A stretch of DNA of 64,000 nt from NCBI RefSeq assembly GCF_009914755.1, contig NC_060938.1, one strand, 5' to 3'. The position numbers were made by a program, and so were the translations under genes. The stretch is from the human T2T-CHM13v2.0 reference genome, Homo sapiens. The notes beneath the pieces were generated by a model. It was given only the letters and a program-made list of their open reading frames with translations. It was not told the origin of the DNA and did not search any database. Each line of letters begins with the position of its first letter. Position 1 is the first letter of the stretch. Shown piece by piece: positions 1-15,041 of the stretch.

Positions 1-382
1 TGTGCGTCCCACCGCCTCAGCCCCCAGTTCTCCGACGCCCAGGTGCCGGTCCCCACCCTACACACAAACACACGCATCCACGCTCGCGAGGCCCCTGGGT
101 CCGCGCCCAGTGAGGCCAACAGCCCTCGGGCGCCCAGAGGATGAGCAGCCTCGGTATGCCCGAGTTTCAGGGGCGCCTGCTCTGCTTGGGAGCCCCTCAG
201 TGAGGCAGGGGAATCCAGATTTAGAAAGGTTGTCCTCAGAACCTCGGACGCAGGACTGTCTTACAAGCTGGCTTTGTGACTCTGCAGTAATTACTTTCCG
301 GGTATAAAGAGATTTCTTTCTTTCCCGTCTCTGGTTAAGGATGTCTCGAGTAGGGATTTTTAGGAGAGTTGTTTCCGTGCTT

Positions 383-471
383 CCTTCGATAGCTCAGCTG
401 GTAGAGCGGAGGACTGTAGTACTTAATGTGTGGTCATCCTTAGGTCGCTGGTTCGATTCCGGCTCGAAGGA
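383..471 (+). tRNA. TRY-GTA5-5: tRNA-Tyr(GTA) with 16-nt intron (420-435)
   Basis: CCTTCGATAGCTCAGCTGGTAGAGCGGAGGACTGTAG|tacttaatgtgtggtc|ATCCTTAGGTCGCTGGTTCGATTCCGGCTCGAAGGA; A and B boxes intact; T4 run at 482-485. Isodecoder numbering is from memory. Confidence 0.97.
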
Positions 472-1125
472 GACGCTGCTGTTTTGGGGTTTACGGTTGC
501 TCTTCGTTTGTGCAAAAAATCTCTGTATCTTGACGTGATCAAATCTGTTTCTGTCTCTCACCCTTGTCCGAAGGAAACAGCTTAGCCGCGAGGTGGGCTG
601 CGTTAATCGCGTCTTGAAAAGTTGGTTACCTTTCTGAAAGATAGTAGACCCGAATCGTCCCACCGTTGGGGGAAGGCACTGTTGTCTTACCGAAGTGTGT
701 TATATTTTGGCTTCTACGTTAAGTCCAAAGGCCGGCAGATATATACGTATCGCGCGTCTGTCCTGGGGCTCAGTACCCTACAGCCTTGCAACCGAGCTCA
801 GCTCTGGCCCTCGATCTCTATTTCAGCCCCCTCCAGGTTCCCTCCAGGCCCTAGCGGGCTTAAATCGCTCCCCGGGCTCAGTGAGACACAAGCATGTGAC
901 CTAAAGTCTAAAAAGCTGCCTTCCTTCACCCCATCCTGCATCTGGATCGAGGAGAATAAGCCAGAGAATAAGCCACACTTGAAACTTGGTGAAGATGGAA
1001 GGAATAACTAAATAAGGCCTAAGGGAAATGTCACAACAGAGGAAAAGAAACAAAACAAAAAACCTTCAGAACAGCAGGCGGAAAAGAGAAATTCAGAGTG
1101 ATAGGAAGCACCACTCAGCTACAGT

Positions 1126-1197
1126 GGCTCGTTGGTCTAGGGGTATGATTCTCGCTTTGGGTGCGAGAGGTCCCGGGTTCAAATCCCGGACGAGCCC
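1126..1197 (+). tRNA. TRP-TGG3-2: tRNA-Pro(TGG)
   Basis: Canonical 72-nt GGCTCGTTGGTCTAGGGG...CGCTTTGGGTGCG...CGGACGAGCCC; T5 Pol III terminator at 1210-1214. Numbering is from memory. Confidence 0.97.
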
Positions 1198-1369
1198 TCG
1201 TGGCTACTGTTTTTCCACCCCCTTTTGTCAACTACTGAAAAAAAGTCTCCGTTAAATTTGAAACACAAACTGTCTCGCGATGGGCTGTCCTGCCAAAGAA
1301 AGCAGCAGCGAATAAGTACGTGGCAGATGGTGCTGTCGACCAGTGTCAAGACCAAGTTTCATGGGTTCC

Positions 1370-1720
1370 TGGACGCTCAGCCAGGGGTAGTCTCTGAAGG
1401 GCCGCCTGGCAATTGGGAGCAGAAGCCAGTTTCCCGCCATCTGCTCTCCGTGGAGGCAGTGCTCTCGCGGCTGCTGCCCGTTGGGGTCCAGCTGAGGAAG
1501 GAGCGCGGATCCCAGGCTCGTTCTTTGCCTGGGCTGCCCCTGCGGCCCCTGGGGCGGGTGCTGCTGCGGCGCCAGCTCCAAGGGCGGATCCAGGCGGGAG
1601 GGGCCTCCTCGGAGAAGCGGGGCGCGGTCCCAACTACGCAGAGGCTGGCACGCCGACCCTCCACACCTCACCACGCCCCCATCTCCGTCCGTGTACACAC
1701 ACTCACACAAGGACGCCAAC
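1370..1720. promoter_or_regulatory. CpG-island promoter shared by ANG and RNASE4 (ubiquitous promoter)
   Basis: GC- and CpG-dense, with GC boxes (GGGGCGGG, GGGGCGCGG) directly upstream of non-coding exon 1. Confidence 0.75.
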
Positions 1721-1868
1721 CCCACCTAGATGCAAAGCAGGATTCAAAAGAACATCTTTGCGTTTTCTACCGGCTCCCCATCATCGTACTAGGGAGGAAG
1801 AAGCGGGTGAGAAACAAAACTTCTTTCCATTGTCCTGCCCGTTTCTGCGGACTTGTTCTGAGGCCGAG
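1670..1868 (+). other. ANG: Shared non-coding exon 1 of ANG/RNASE4 (start approximate)
   Basis: Ends ...GTTCTGAGGCCGAG|GTAGGT (donor at 1869); matches the ANG/RNASE4 5'UTR as I recall it. Confidence 0.75.
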
Positions 1869-2869
1869 GTAGGTTCACACTCCTGCTCCTCCTCCTCCTC
1901 TCTGGTAGCTTCATAAGGGGCGTTTAGGCCGGGGAGTCCTTTCCTAGTAGAGGCAGCTTGGGACTCCTTGGGGAGGAGTTTGCGGGACGGGGCTGGAGAG
2001 GGAGGAATGGGGAGGGACGTGAAAGTCCCGTATTTGTATGAGTTAACGACTTTACATTCCCACTCAGGTTTACTTTGCGCAGCTGGGCACAGATGCCAGC
2101 TTCTATTGATTAGTAGGCTTGGAGGGGGACCACAGAATCGCCGAACCTAAGGGAAGCCCTAGGAGGCCTGCACTTGCCCACAACTAAGAAAGCTTTGCTA
2201 GTTATTCAGGCTAATCACCAGCTTTTTGAAGCAGGCCTTAGTTTTTTGCAAGCGTAACTAACATTTGGGGATCGGTGTTTTCTGTTTACTCTCCTCTGCC
2301 TCCTCACCCTTAACCCACCCTCAGCCAGTGTTGTGCAATTCTTAGAGACACTTGCCAACAGCCTCTTCTCTAAGCCTTCCTACTGGAAGGTTGGGATCCT
2401 CCGTTTTCTCGCTCTGAGACAGCACGTCAAATGCTAATAGCAGCACATGAGTAAAGCGCAACATCTTTATTAAAACAATTTCAGCACCACTCAGGGGGCT
2501 AGGGAAATCTCAGATGAGCCAAGACCCTCCCTCGTGACAGTAAAAATCTTATAATCAAGTCATAATGTAATCAGTAGAAACCCAAGGGACATCATTATCT
2601 GTGGCACAGGACCACCTTCCCAGAAGCAGCCTCAGGTATTCAAGACTTACTTAACCACAGAGCCACTAACAAGTTTTGCAAGAGGATAGGTTTATTACAT
2701 ACGCTTCAATTCAAGCAATTCTTTTACTGATGACAAGCAGAGTAAAATAATTTTTGAATTTATGGTAATAGTCAATGTAGGTTTCCTTCGAACAGCAACT
2801 TTCAGTGGCCCCTTTAAAGTTAGCTCTGATTGTCTAGAAAGTACTAGTATGGAATATAAAAGTTGTGTG

Positions 2870-3337
<468 letters not shown>

Positions 3338-5736
3338 TTAGTAACAGGACATGAGGCACTCTAGTAATGTGGAGATGAACTATCGTTTGGCAGAGAGGAT
3401 GGAAAAAATCATTCCAGGAAAAGAGGAATGGCTTTAGCTATTGTTGAAAACAGATAATCAGGTTATAAGCAGGCAAGAGTAAGAGGTTTGTCAAGTTATT
3501 GTTGGAAGCATTGGTCACTGTGACTCAAATTAAAGTAGCTGGATAAAAAAGTGGACCAATGAAGGTCAGTGAAACCTTTCTTTAGGAGTTTTTATTGAAT
3601 CTGTATTTAAGCAGATTCTCTGTAATTCTCTGTAAACAGTTATTCCCGGAAGAATGCCATGAAATACTTGGGAAAGAGGGAATGGGAACAAAGAGTGAGT
3701 GGGCACAAAGCCCAGAGTTGGTTGAAAAGCAAATGTTTAATTTTTGTCTTTGTTTGGAAATACAGGCATGTCAGCAGGACTTTGTCCCCACTGTCCTTCA
3801 ATCAGTAGTGTTGCCTCTTCCTGGAGACGTGGTTCTTCTTGCCACGTGTGCTTTTCCTTCTTTACCTGTTACTTCCGTTATTGAATAAGTTCATGCTTAT
3901 AGACCTAAAGTGTTAGAATAATAAAGAAATATAGAAATTATTTAGTCCATTCTTCCCATCATCTAATTTTATAATTAGTCCTAAGACAGAATGATACATA
4001 TATACTCTGTATGAAGGAGGAAAGTGCTCTAACACTAGGGTCCTTGGAAACAGGACCCGTGCATCCCGTGTCTGTGTGCAGGGACATTATTGGCTTGAGG
4101 GAGAGAGAGAAAAAAATCTCCAGGAAAGGGGAATGACTTTCAAGTTAAAGCTGTCTGAACATTTAAAAAATATATGAGGTTTTTTGCAATTGGCGATTCC
4201 TTCATTTGTATTAAAATTACTGACAAAGATGTGATGTTCCTTAATCATAGAATATAATTCCTTGTTGTATTTTAAACACAAATGACTAAGTGCTTAGATG
4301 CATTCTAATGAAATAGTAATTTTTCCCCCAAACCCTACTTTTCATTTCAACAAAACTTCCTTGTGCCAAGTTTAAAAGAAAAACATAAAACTGTCTTTTT
4401 GCATTGTGGGCAGATTGTGTATCCTCCAAAGGTTGTCCAGTGAAGGCCCAGAGGCAGAGAAGGGACCTAACTATATTCAGAGGCTGCTGGTTGCCCCACC
4501 TCAGCACTACTGCAGAACTCTAAAATCAGAGGCTGCTCTGTTTGTGTGAGTCGGTGCTTGAATTGGTGCTTCAGGCCATGGGGCTGTGTGTGTGCAGGCG
4601 CATATGGGTTGTATGCTGTGGCAGGGTACCGCTTTTCGGGACTCAGAGGTGGTGTTGCTTGAGCTAAGCCTGGAAAGACAGGTCAGTTTTCTCCTTGCTT
4701 ATGAAGGGTTCAAAGTCTGACTCCACCATTCATCTGCTGTTTGTTCTTGGAGTTTCCTCATGAGCAGAGCATATTTACATAATGCCTACCTCACACAGTC
4801 CTGGTGTTGGTTGAATGTAGTCATGTATGTGAGAGCTTCACAAAATGAAAGATTGCACTGAATATTATAATTATTGTGATTTCAAGTGCATTTGTTTTAC
4901 TAGCAGGCAGCCTGTCTTTTCTTGACACCTTCTCAAGTGCAGCCAGACTGAATACTTGGCAGCTAGGTGGGTGACAACAGAGGATTGAGGATTTTTAAAA
5001 AGATAACACTGTCCTAGATCCAACACCACTGTGGGCAAATGCTGGGGGTCTGTGAAACAGTTGGTACCCTGCTGCTGTCTGATATTGGAAACTATGAGAT
5101 CTATAAGGTGATCCTGGTGACCTTTGGCCCACTGTTTTTACGCAAGCAATGGATCTACAGCCCTGCTTTGATGATGGAGATAAGCAATTTTGCAACTACA
5201 TTACAAGGATCAGAAGATTGAATGTTCAGGGTTAGTCTCTTGTGGACAGGTAAAGATGGAAGAAGGAGAAACCCAGGAAACATGGCAAGCCTGCTTCTGG
5301 GGGTTAGAAGCTGAGAAGTTGAGTGTAGGGGGAGGGGCAGTGTACTAATAGCTGTCACACAACCTTCTCTGGAAGTGCTTTCCTGGCTGTATGAAATCGA
5401 TGGAATAACGTGCTTAGCATCCGTTCATGAAACCAAATGATGTGATACGATAAATAGGATGTGATATGATAAATGATAAATAGTACAGTGGAAAAGCATC
5501 CTACTGGAAGACCATATCTTACTCTGTGACATCTTCCAAGGCAGTTCTTGGAGTTGGCCCAGGGAGATCAGAGATGCTATCTTATGGATCCAGACTATTA
5601 TGTGTGAATAGGGAAACCTCAGTCCTGCCATGAACAAGAGTAAGCACCACAGACAGCAGAAAAGGGCAACTTTTGGACAGAAGGCCATGTTTCTCAAACT
5701 TTGTCTTCCAGAACAAATCTCTAATCCATTCAGGTG

Positions 5737-5864
5737 GGTTAATATCTAACCCAATCATGCCCAGCGAAAAGGTGAATGACCCTCCTCGTTTGTTCAAGAG
5801 CAGTGTCCTTGGTTTTCATGTCCCTGCCAGGACTGGGACACTATATATTAGGAACACTATATAA
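5737..5864 (+). promoter_or_regulatory. Liver-type promoter of ANG/RNASE4: HNF1-like site, CCAAT and TATA
   Basis: GGTTAATATCTAAC (5737-5750; 2 mismatches to GTTAATNATTAAC), CCAAT 5751-5755, TATATAA 5858-5864 about 25 bp before exon 2. Confidence 0.7.
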
Positions 5865-5884
5865 TCAGAACCTGGAGAGGCCTC

Positions 5885-5984
5885 CAGGTTCACACAACTG
5901 GAACCCATCTCCAGGAACAAACAGCTGGAACCCATCTCCCGTTGAAGGGAAACTGCCAGATTTTTGTAAGATTCTTCCTCCTGG
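5885..5984 (+). other. ANG: Alternative non-coding first exon (exon 2) of ANG/RNASE4
   Basis: ...GATTCTTCCTCCTGG|GTAAAC donor at 5985; joined to 10656 it gives the ANG 5'UTR I recall (cctcctgg-gagcctgtgttggaagagATG). Confidence 0.8.
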
Positions 5985-6744
5985 GTAAACTATTGTTCAA
6001 TTTGTTTTATATATTATTTCTAGCCATCCATCCATTTTAATGAAACCATTTTCCTCCCTTTAAAGCCTCCAGGCTCAAGCTCATGAATTAAAAAGAAAAT
6101 GGATCAGATTCTAAAGTTTAAAATGAAAACAGGTTTCTTTTGGGATGGCCTATGTGTGGATAAAGAGAAATTAGTGAGACTGGGAGGAAGTGGAAGTTTA
6201 GGAGGGATTTCTAAATTGTGATAAAATCCCCAAAGGCCTGGGGGAGCCATTTGCTGAAGGCCATCGGGAGTCCTCCCCCGTCGTCCACCCCTGTTACAGG
6301 CATTACACGTGGCTTAACAAGGAAAGAAACAGTATGTTTTTAGCATTGTTTCCTTCTAACCTTCCCTGCTAATTTCTCTTCTTAGAAAAGTTTTGGATGC
6401 TCTTTCAAACAAAGTGGAACACATCCCAAGATCAAAAGAAGGCTCACTGGCAGGTTGAAGGGAAGAAGGAAGGAAAAGCAATAAAGGGATGAATATGCCT
6501 TGGGTGTTAGGCTCTTACTTTGGGGGATTTTGCCCTAGGATGTATAAAAGTGTGAAGCCACATTGATGAAAATGATAACTATAGTTACTCATCATAAACT
6601 GTCAAGTTAACTCCCTGGTGTGTAAAATTTGATGAATCTTTTGAATACTGAACATTGCCTGTGGGGAGAGGGAGAGAATAATTCTTGTGAATACTAACAG
6701 ATTCATTTGATACAGAAGATAAAGTTACTCTAAAGAACAGTTGG

Positions 6745-7376
<632 letters not shown>

Positions 7377-9561
7377 GACAGAGAACAGCTGGGACTAATT
7401 CCACTGACAAAAAGCTGACAGACAGTTACGTGTTTGGGTACAGAAGGATATATCTATAGGACTTTTGCCACCAGATGTGAGGCTTTGCACCCTTGGCTTA
7501 GGCAGATTCACTTTTACACCACAAACGATCTGTCTCTTACTGGTTTTCTCCCAATTCCATTTTACCTTGCTTTTTGAGGAATTTAGAGTTGAATATATTG
7601 AGAAAGTTTTGAGTGAGGGAGCAGATGTTAGATATTGGTGGTTTTGGTGTACGCTTGCTGAGATTTGGTTCCTGGATGTCTTAGGGAATCAAGATTACAG
7701 GCCCCCAACTAAACTTATACAAAATTTGTCTCTGTAACTGAGGGTCACTGGACCTTTGCTATTGAAACTAGCAAAGCCTCTATTATGTTTAATGAGAACC
7801 ATGAAACTTCAGATTTTTAGAGCTAGCAACTCTTTTATTTTCTTGATGAACAAACCTAGGCCTGGAGAGAAAAATGAAGTCAATTACTTAAAAAATATTA
7901 AGGGTTATAATAAGGCAAGCATGTTGATTCAAGGTGAATAATATGAGTTCTGTGGAATATACACCAGTAAGAAACACTAACAAGTAAATACTTCATTGTT
8001 CATCCACGATCACGTGGGTAATGGCATGTTTGGAAATGGCACCCGTGAAACCTGACAACAGGTCGGTCTTTATTTTGTGATATCCTTATGGGTAGATTCT
8101 GAACTTTGTGGCTTTTACTTTGGCACTTATATCTAATGAGGTGTCCTTGGTCTTAATATCTAATGCAGAGCGAGTTTGGACAGAGATTCTAAACAGGTTC
8201 ACCAGCTCATACTCCCTTCTGTGAACAGCAATATCCCCACAAGTTATACAGCATTGGCACCTCCTGCAAGTACGGTATTTCCTAGAGAAGACATTAGTAA
8301 CATTCCTATCCACCACTGCCACCTAACGACTCTTTTAGGTACTAGCAGCTCTGGTTCCGTTTCCTGATTTCTGATTTCTGGGATTCTGGCACCAGGCAGA
8401 AGAATGTTGACTGTGTAAGGCAGACCTTTGACATTAGAAGTCAGTATTTGTTCATTACAGAGCAAGAGACTTAATTGATTACAAATCAATAAAACTTTAA
8501 TAAGATCTTCCAAAAAACTAGAAACAGGAAACACACCCAGGAGACTGAAAAGCATGATGTAAATGTGAAGAACGTGGCAAGTGGGTGGCTTGGCAGCCCA
8601 GCAGCTATACTGGAGCAGCTGCATGAGTGAATACTTGTTACTCCTTTAGGGCTGGCTCTCCATTCTACAATCATGTACCTCTTTCTTGATAAACTCCCAA
8701 GAACACACTTTCAGCATGGAATTTCAGACTTTTAGAGATAGCAACTCTCTCAAGTATGGACAAATGTCGGTGCGGACAAATTTGATGCACTGCTGAAGAA
8801 TACCAAATAATATGCTAAGGAATTTTTTCATTCCACAATAATGGAGTAAATAGCAGCTGGAAATGTTTGCATTAAGTTCATAGATTATAATTTGTAATGG
8901 AATCAACACCAAATGCAAATTAGAAAGAGAGCCCACTTTGCTCACCCAGTCACGTCTTCCCATGTAACCATAGAACATTGGGGTCCTGTGTCTTTCTAGA
9001 TCCACAGTCTTGCTCTCAGAACAGGCTAGCCACACCACAGGCCTAGTGCCAGGACCCATGGCCTTTTTTTAAGCTCAGACTCCCTTCTGTGAACAGCAAT
9101 ATCCCCACAACTTGTACAACATTGGTGCTTCCTGCAAGGGCTACAGAACTATTTGATACGAAAATGTTCATTGACTTACACACAAGAGAAGCACAAAATA
9201 AAAAATTAATAATTAATTTAATGTCTTTGAAAATGTACCATTTATTTTTACATTTGGGGTCATAAGAATTGTATTACACTTAAGAATGCAATACAATTTG
9301 AAGATCAGATTTTTCTCCCTTTGTGAGAATTTCTCAGTATGTGTGATGACTACCAAGAAATCATAGCCAGTCATAAATTCAGTGAGTTACTCATAAACGA
9401 ACAAGAACCACCTACTTCTTGGGGAGGTAGGTCTGCTTCCCTTCAACTCAGGATACAACTGCTTTCAACTGCTTTCTTCACATTAGCTGACTAATTAGCT
9501 AGAAGCCTGTCGTAAACAATTTTATGGTTGACTCCTTCCCTGGGCTCAGGGTTCCCTAGAA

Positions 9562-10255
<694 letters not shown>

Positions 10256-10613
10256 GTCATTTGGTATGTCTTAATGTGCCTCAGGACCTAGCACAGTCCC
10301 TGGTACCCAGTAGAGACCTATGTAATGTTCGTTATTCAATTAATAAATACATGAATTAAAGAGTGAGAGTGGATTTTGTAATGTTACGACTGATAGAGAA
10401 ATACTCAGTGATTCTAAGGGATGGGGAAGAACGGTTGGAGCTAGAGGTTGTGCTCAGGAAACTATTAAATAGACGTTCCGCAGGAAGGGATTGACGAAGT
10501 GTGAGGTTAATGAGGAAGGGAAAATAGAATATAAAATTTGGTGGTGGAAAAGATCTGATTCATGATGCCGTGTCAGAGAGCAAAGCTCCTGTCCTTTTGG
10601 CCTAATTTGGTGA

Positions 10614-11117
<504 letters not shown>

Positions 11118-11263
11118 CCAGCGGGCCCCTGGTCAAGTGCTGGCTCTGCTGTCCTTGCCTTCCATTTCCCCTCTGCACCCAGAACAGTGGTGGCAACATT
11201 CATTGCCAAGGGCCCAAAGAAAGAGCTACCTGGACCTTTTGTTTTCTGTTTGACAACATGTTT

Positions 11264-11273
11264 AATAAATAAA
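11264..11273 (+). terminator. ANG polyadenylation signal (overlapping AATAAATAAA)
   Basis: Two overlapping AATAAA about 150 bp after the stop codon. Confidence 0.85.
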
Positions 11274-11382
11274 AATGTCTTGATATCAGTAAGAATCAGA
11301 GTCTTCTCACTGATTCTGGGCATATTGATCTTTCCCCCATTTTCTCTACTTGGCTGCTCCCTGAGAGGACTGCATAGGATAG

Positions 11383-11707
<325 letters not shown>

Positions 11708-12223
11708 CACTTTTTCCTTATCAGTCAGTTTTTACAAGTCATTAGGGAGGTAGACTTTACCTCTCTGTGAAGGAAAGTATGGTATGTTGATCTACAGAGA
11801 GAGATGGAAAAATTCCAGGGCTCGTAGCTACTAAGCAGAATTTCCAAGATAGGCAAATTGTTTTTTCTGTCAAATAATAAGCTAATATTACTTCTACAAA
11901 TATGAGACCTTGGAGAGAAGTTTCCAAGGACCAAGTACCAACATACCAACAGATTATTATAGTTTCTCTCACTCTTACACACACACACACACATATACAC
12001 ATATGTAATCCAGCATGAATACCAAAATTCATTCAGGGTAGCCACCTTTTGTCTTAAGCGAGAGATAATTTTGATGTTTGAATGGAATGCTCCCAGGATA
12101 TTCTCTTGTCATGGTTATTTTATATAAAATTCAAAAACCAATTACATTATTTCCTCTGTAATCTTTTACTTTATCAACTAATGTCTGGCAAGTGTGATGT
12201 TTTGGGGAAGTTATAGAAGATTC

Positions 12224-12551
<328 letters not shown>

Positions 12552-15022
12552 TTATTCTTCCTCAATTCTCAAGATTTGTTTTTAAGTTAACATAACTTAG
12601 GTTAACACACTCTTTGTAAAATACACTGTTCAATCTACAGACTCAGTGGTTAGCTTCCTGTTAACTAATTTCTGTTGACAGGTACTTGGATATTTTATTT
12701 AGAAAGTGGTTGCCAATAAATTAGTTATAAGTCGCCAGTTTCACTGCCTTGTGAACACATAATTATTGTGGTCTCAGTATTCCCTATGGTGGCTTCTCCT
12801 GCTCCTGGTATTGCCCTGAAATGGGCCAAAAGCCGTGGCTCCCCAATACTCAGGTTATAGAACATTGTCCAGGTACCACCTAGGAGAGCCCAGCCTCACT
12901 GAAAGTATTCAAATTTAGGAATGGGTTTGAGAAGTAGGTAGCTGGTATGTGCTTAGCACAAGAATCTCTCTTCCTTGGGTTAGTCTGTTTCAAAACTGAA
13001 AACACTGTCATTCCTTAAGAAAATAGGAAAAAGTATTCCAAACCTCTGTCACTAGAAAATTTGCCATATTACCAAATCTCAAAAACCTCTCAGGAAATGA
13101 GAAAGTCCCAGTTTCTGGTAAACTATTTGGGCCCTTTTCTCAAGTTCTCCAACCAGTGCTATTTCCTTGAGGTGAGGCAAAGTTACTCAAGATCATCGCT
13201 GCCACTCAAGGCCTTGATAGGGCAAGTGAAAGGCATGGACCATTATTATATTGATCACAGCATAAGCTGTGAAAACCCACATCTTCTCCAAACATCTGCT
13301 TGGAGCATTATCATCGCATAGTTTGCTCTGGTGTTCAGGGAAATCGCTGTTTCATAGGAAATCACATGGCAGTGGGATGGGAGTGTTTCCTGACCTGCCG
13401 ATGGTACTGGCACCTGAGCAAGCATTCCTAGTCCTTTTTGGTCTGGGCCTCTTGTTCTATCACAACCACAAGCTGTTTAAAATAAAACGTCAAGTCACAG
13501 GCAGGTCATTTTATCCTGCGTGAATCAATTGAAGAATTGAAGTCCTGGTCAGCTGTGATTGTTGGCTTTGCAAGGAAAGAGAAGGAACACTCCAAAATGC
13601 TAAATGCTTTGAAGAATAGTGACATGCAAGGAAGAAAATTCCATGCAATTTGGAGAAGAAACATTTTTCTAGGAATCTAGTAGCTGAGATATTTTATAGT
13701 TTAAAAACAGACTTCCAATATCTTGAGAATACAGTTAGCTCTACGAAATAAAGAGGAGTCAATAATATATGCAACTCTGTAGTCATTCATTATTTTATCC
13801 AGATTGACAGAAGCAGAGGAAACCAAGAAAAATGGAAGTGGTAAAAAAAAAAAAATGCAGTAATTGCCAATATTTACTGAGCATTTACCCTGTGCTAGGC
13901 CTTGTTATAGGCGCTTAGATTGATTTTCTTTTCATAACATCCCTAAGAGGTAGGTATTACATGCTCATTTTGCTTATGAGGAAATCTGCTGAGAGAGATT
14001 AAGTAATTTTCTCATGGTCACAGCCTCAGTCTTTTAGACCACGGTGTCAAAAGAAGTTCTTACTGTGAGTCAGGGTGGTGCAGTGGAGAAAGCGTTTGGG
14101 GAAAATCCTGACCCAAAAGTGTGCGTTGGGATGATGTGGAGATCATTCAATTTTCTCTTGTAGCTACAGCTTTGAGATGCACCCATTGGTATCCACACTG
14201 GCCTGCTGTCCTCAAATATTTCTCTATGTCTTGTTTACTTGAGTAGTGCAGAAAAGCTGACGTCCTGGGTCTGCTCTCGCATGCATAGGTGAGGTTTTCT
14301 CTGTAGCTAGTCATCTTGCTAAACCATATTTTTGGTCACAAAGAATCAGGATGAGAGAAAGTAGATAAAACCATGGAAACTCGAGGTGCCACCGGAAGAG
14401 CAAACCAAAGTATATTGATCTGCTGAAGCTATAATCCAAGTACTAAGTATACCTTCAGAAGTTGTATGCATTGTTCTTGGGGCAAAAAGGAAATCAAACA
14501 TCTGCCCTTCCTCCCACAACCTCTTTACTTCCCTCTCTTCCTAACACTGTATCTCACATCTACAGCTGCAGGCACACAGATATGACATACAGCTTGATAT
14601 CTTTATGTGCAAAGGCAAAAGATGGCTATGGATATAGGAGGTGGCATTTAAAAGAACAATATCCATGTTTGATACTGCTTTCATTATCAATAATGAAAAG
14701 GTAGCCTTTCAGCAGAACAAAGTAAGGTACAGGTCGTTTGGAAGCCATTTCAGTCATTCACACAGTGTGATCCACCATTACGAAGCAGAATTTGAAATCA
14801 AAAGACAATAGTACCCATATACATCAAACTAGGAGTTCAACTGGGGTCAGTCCTTGGACTGCACATACAGAGTTGGGCTGCCTGACTCTCAAAACATTGC
14901 CCTTGCTAATTTGCGTTGCTCACTTCCTATTGAATCAGGGATGATTTTTCTTTGCTGTAGTGAATCAGCCCTGCTACACTGCAAGAATCAAGCCGATTCA
15001 CAATTCACATCAATTCCAGGAG

Positions 15023-15041
15023 TGACGGCCAGATGGCAGCA
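15023..15041 (+). promoter_or_regulatory. Candidate CTCF site between the ANG and RNASE4 coding exons
   Basis: TGACGGCCAGATGGCAGCA closely matches the CTCF core; caattcc upstream-motif-like sequence 5-6 bp before. Confidence 0.6.

Noticed and set aside
1225-1916. 215-aa and 167-aa ORFs over the promoter
   Set aside because: Stop-poor GC-rich CpG island, non-ATG starts, no recognisable domain
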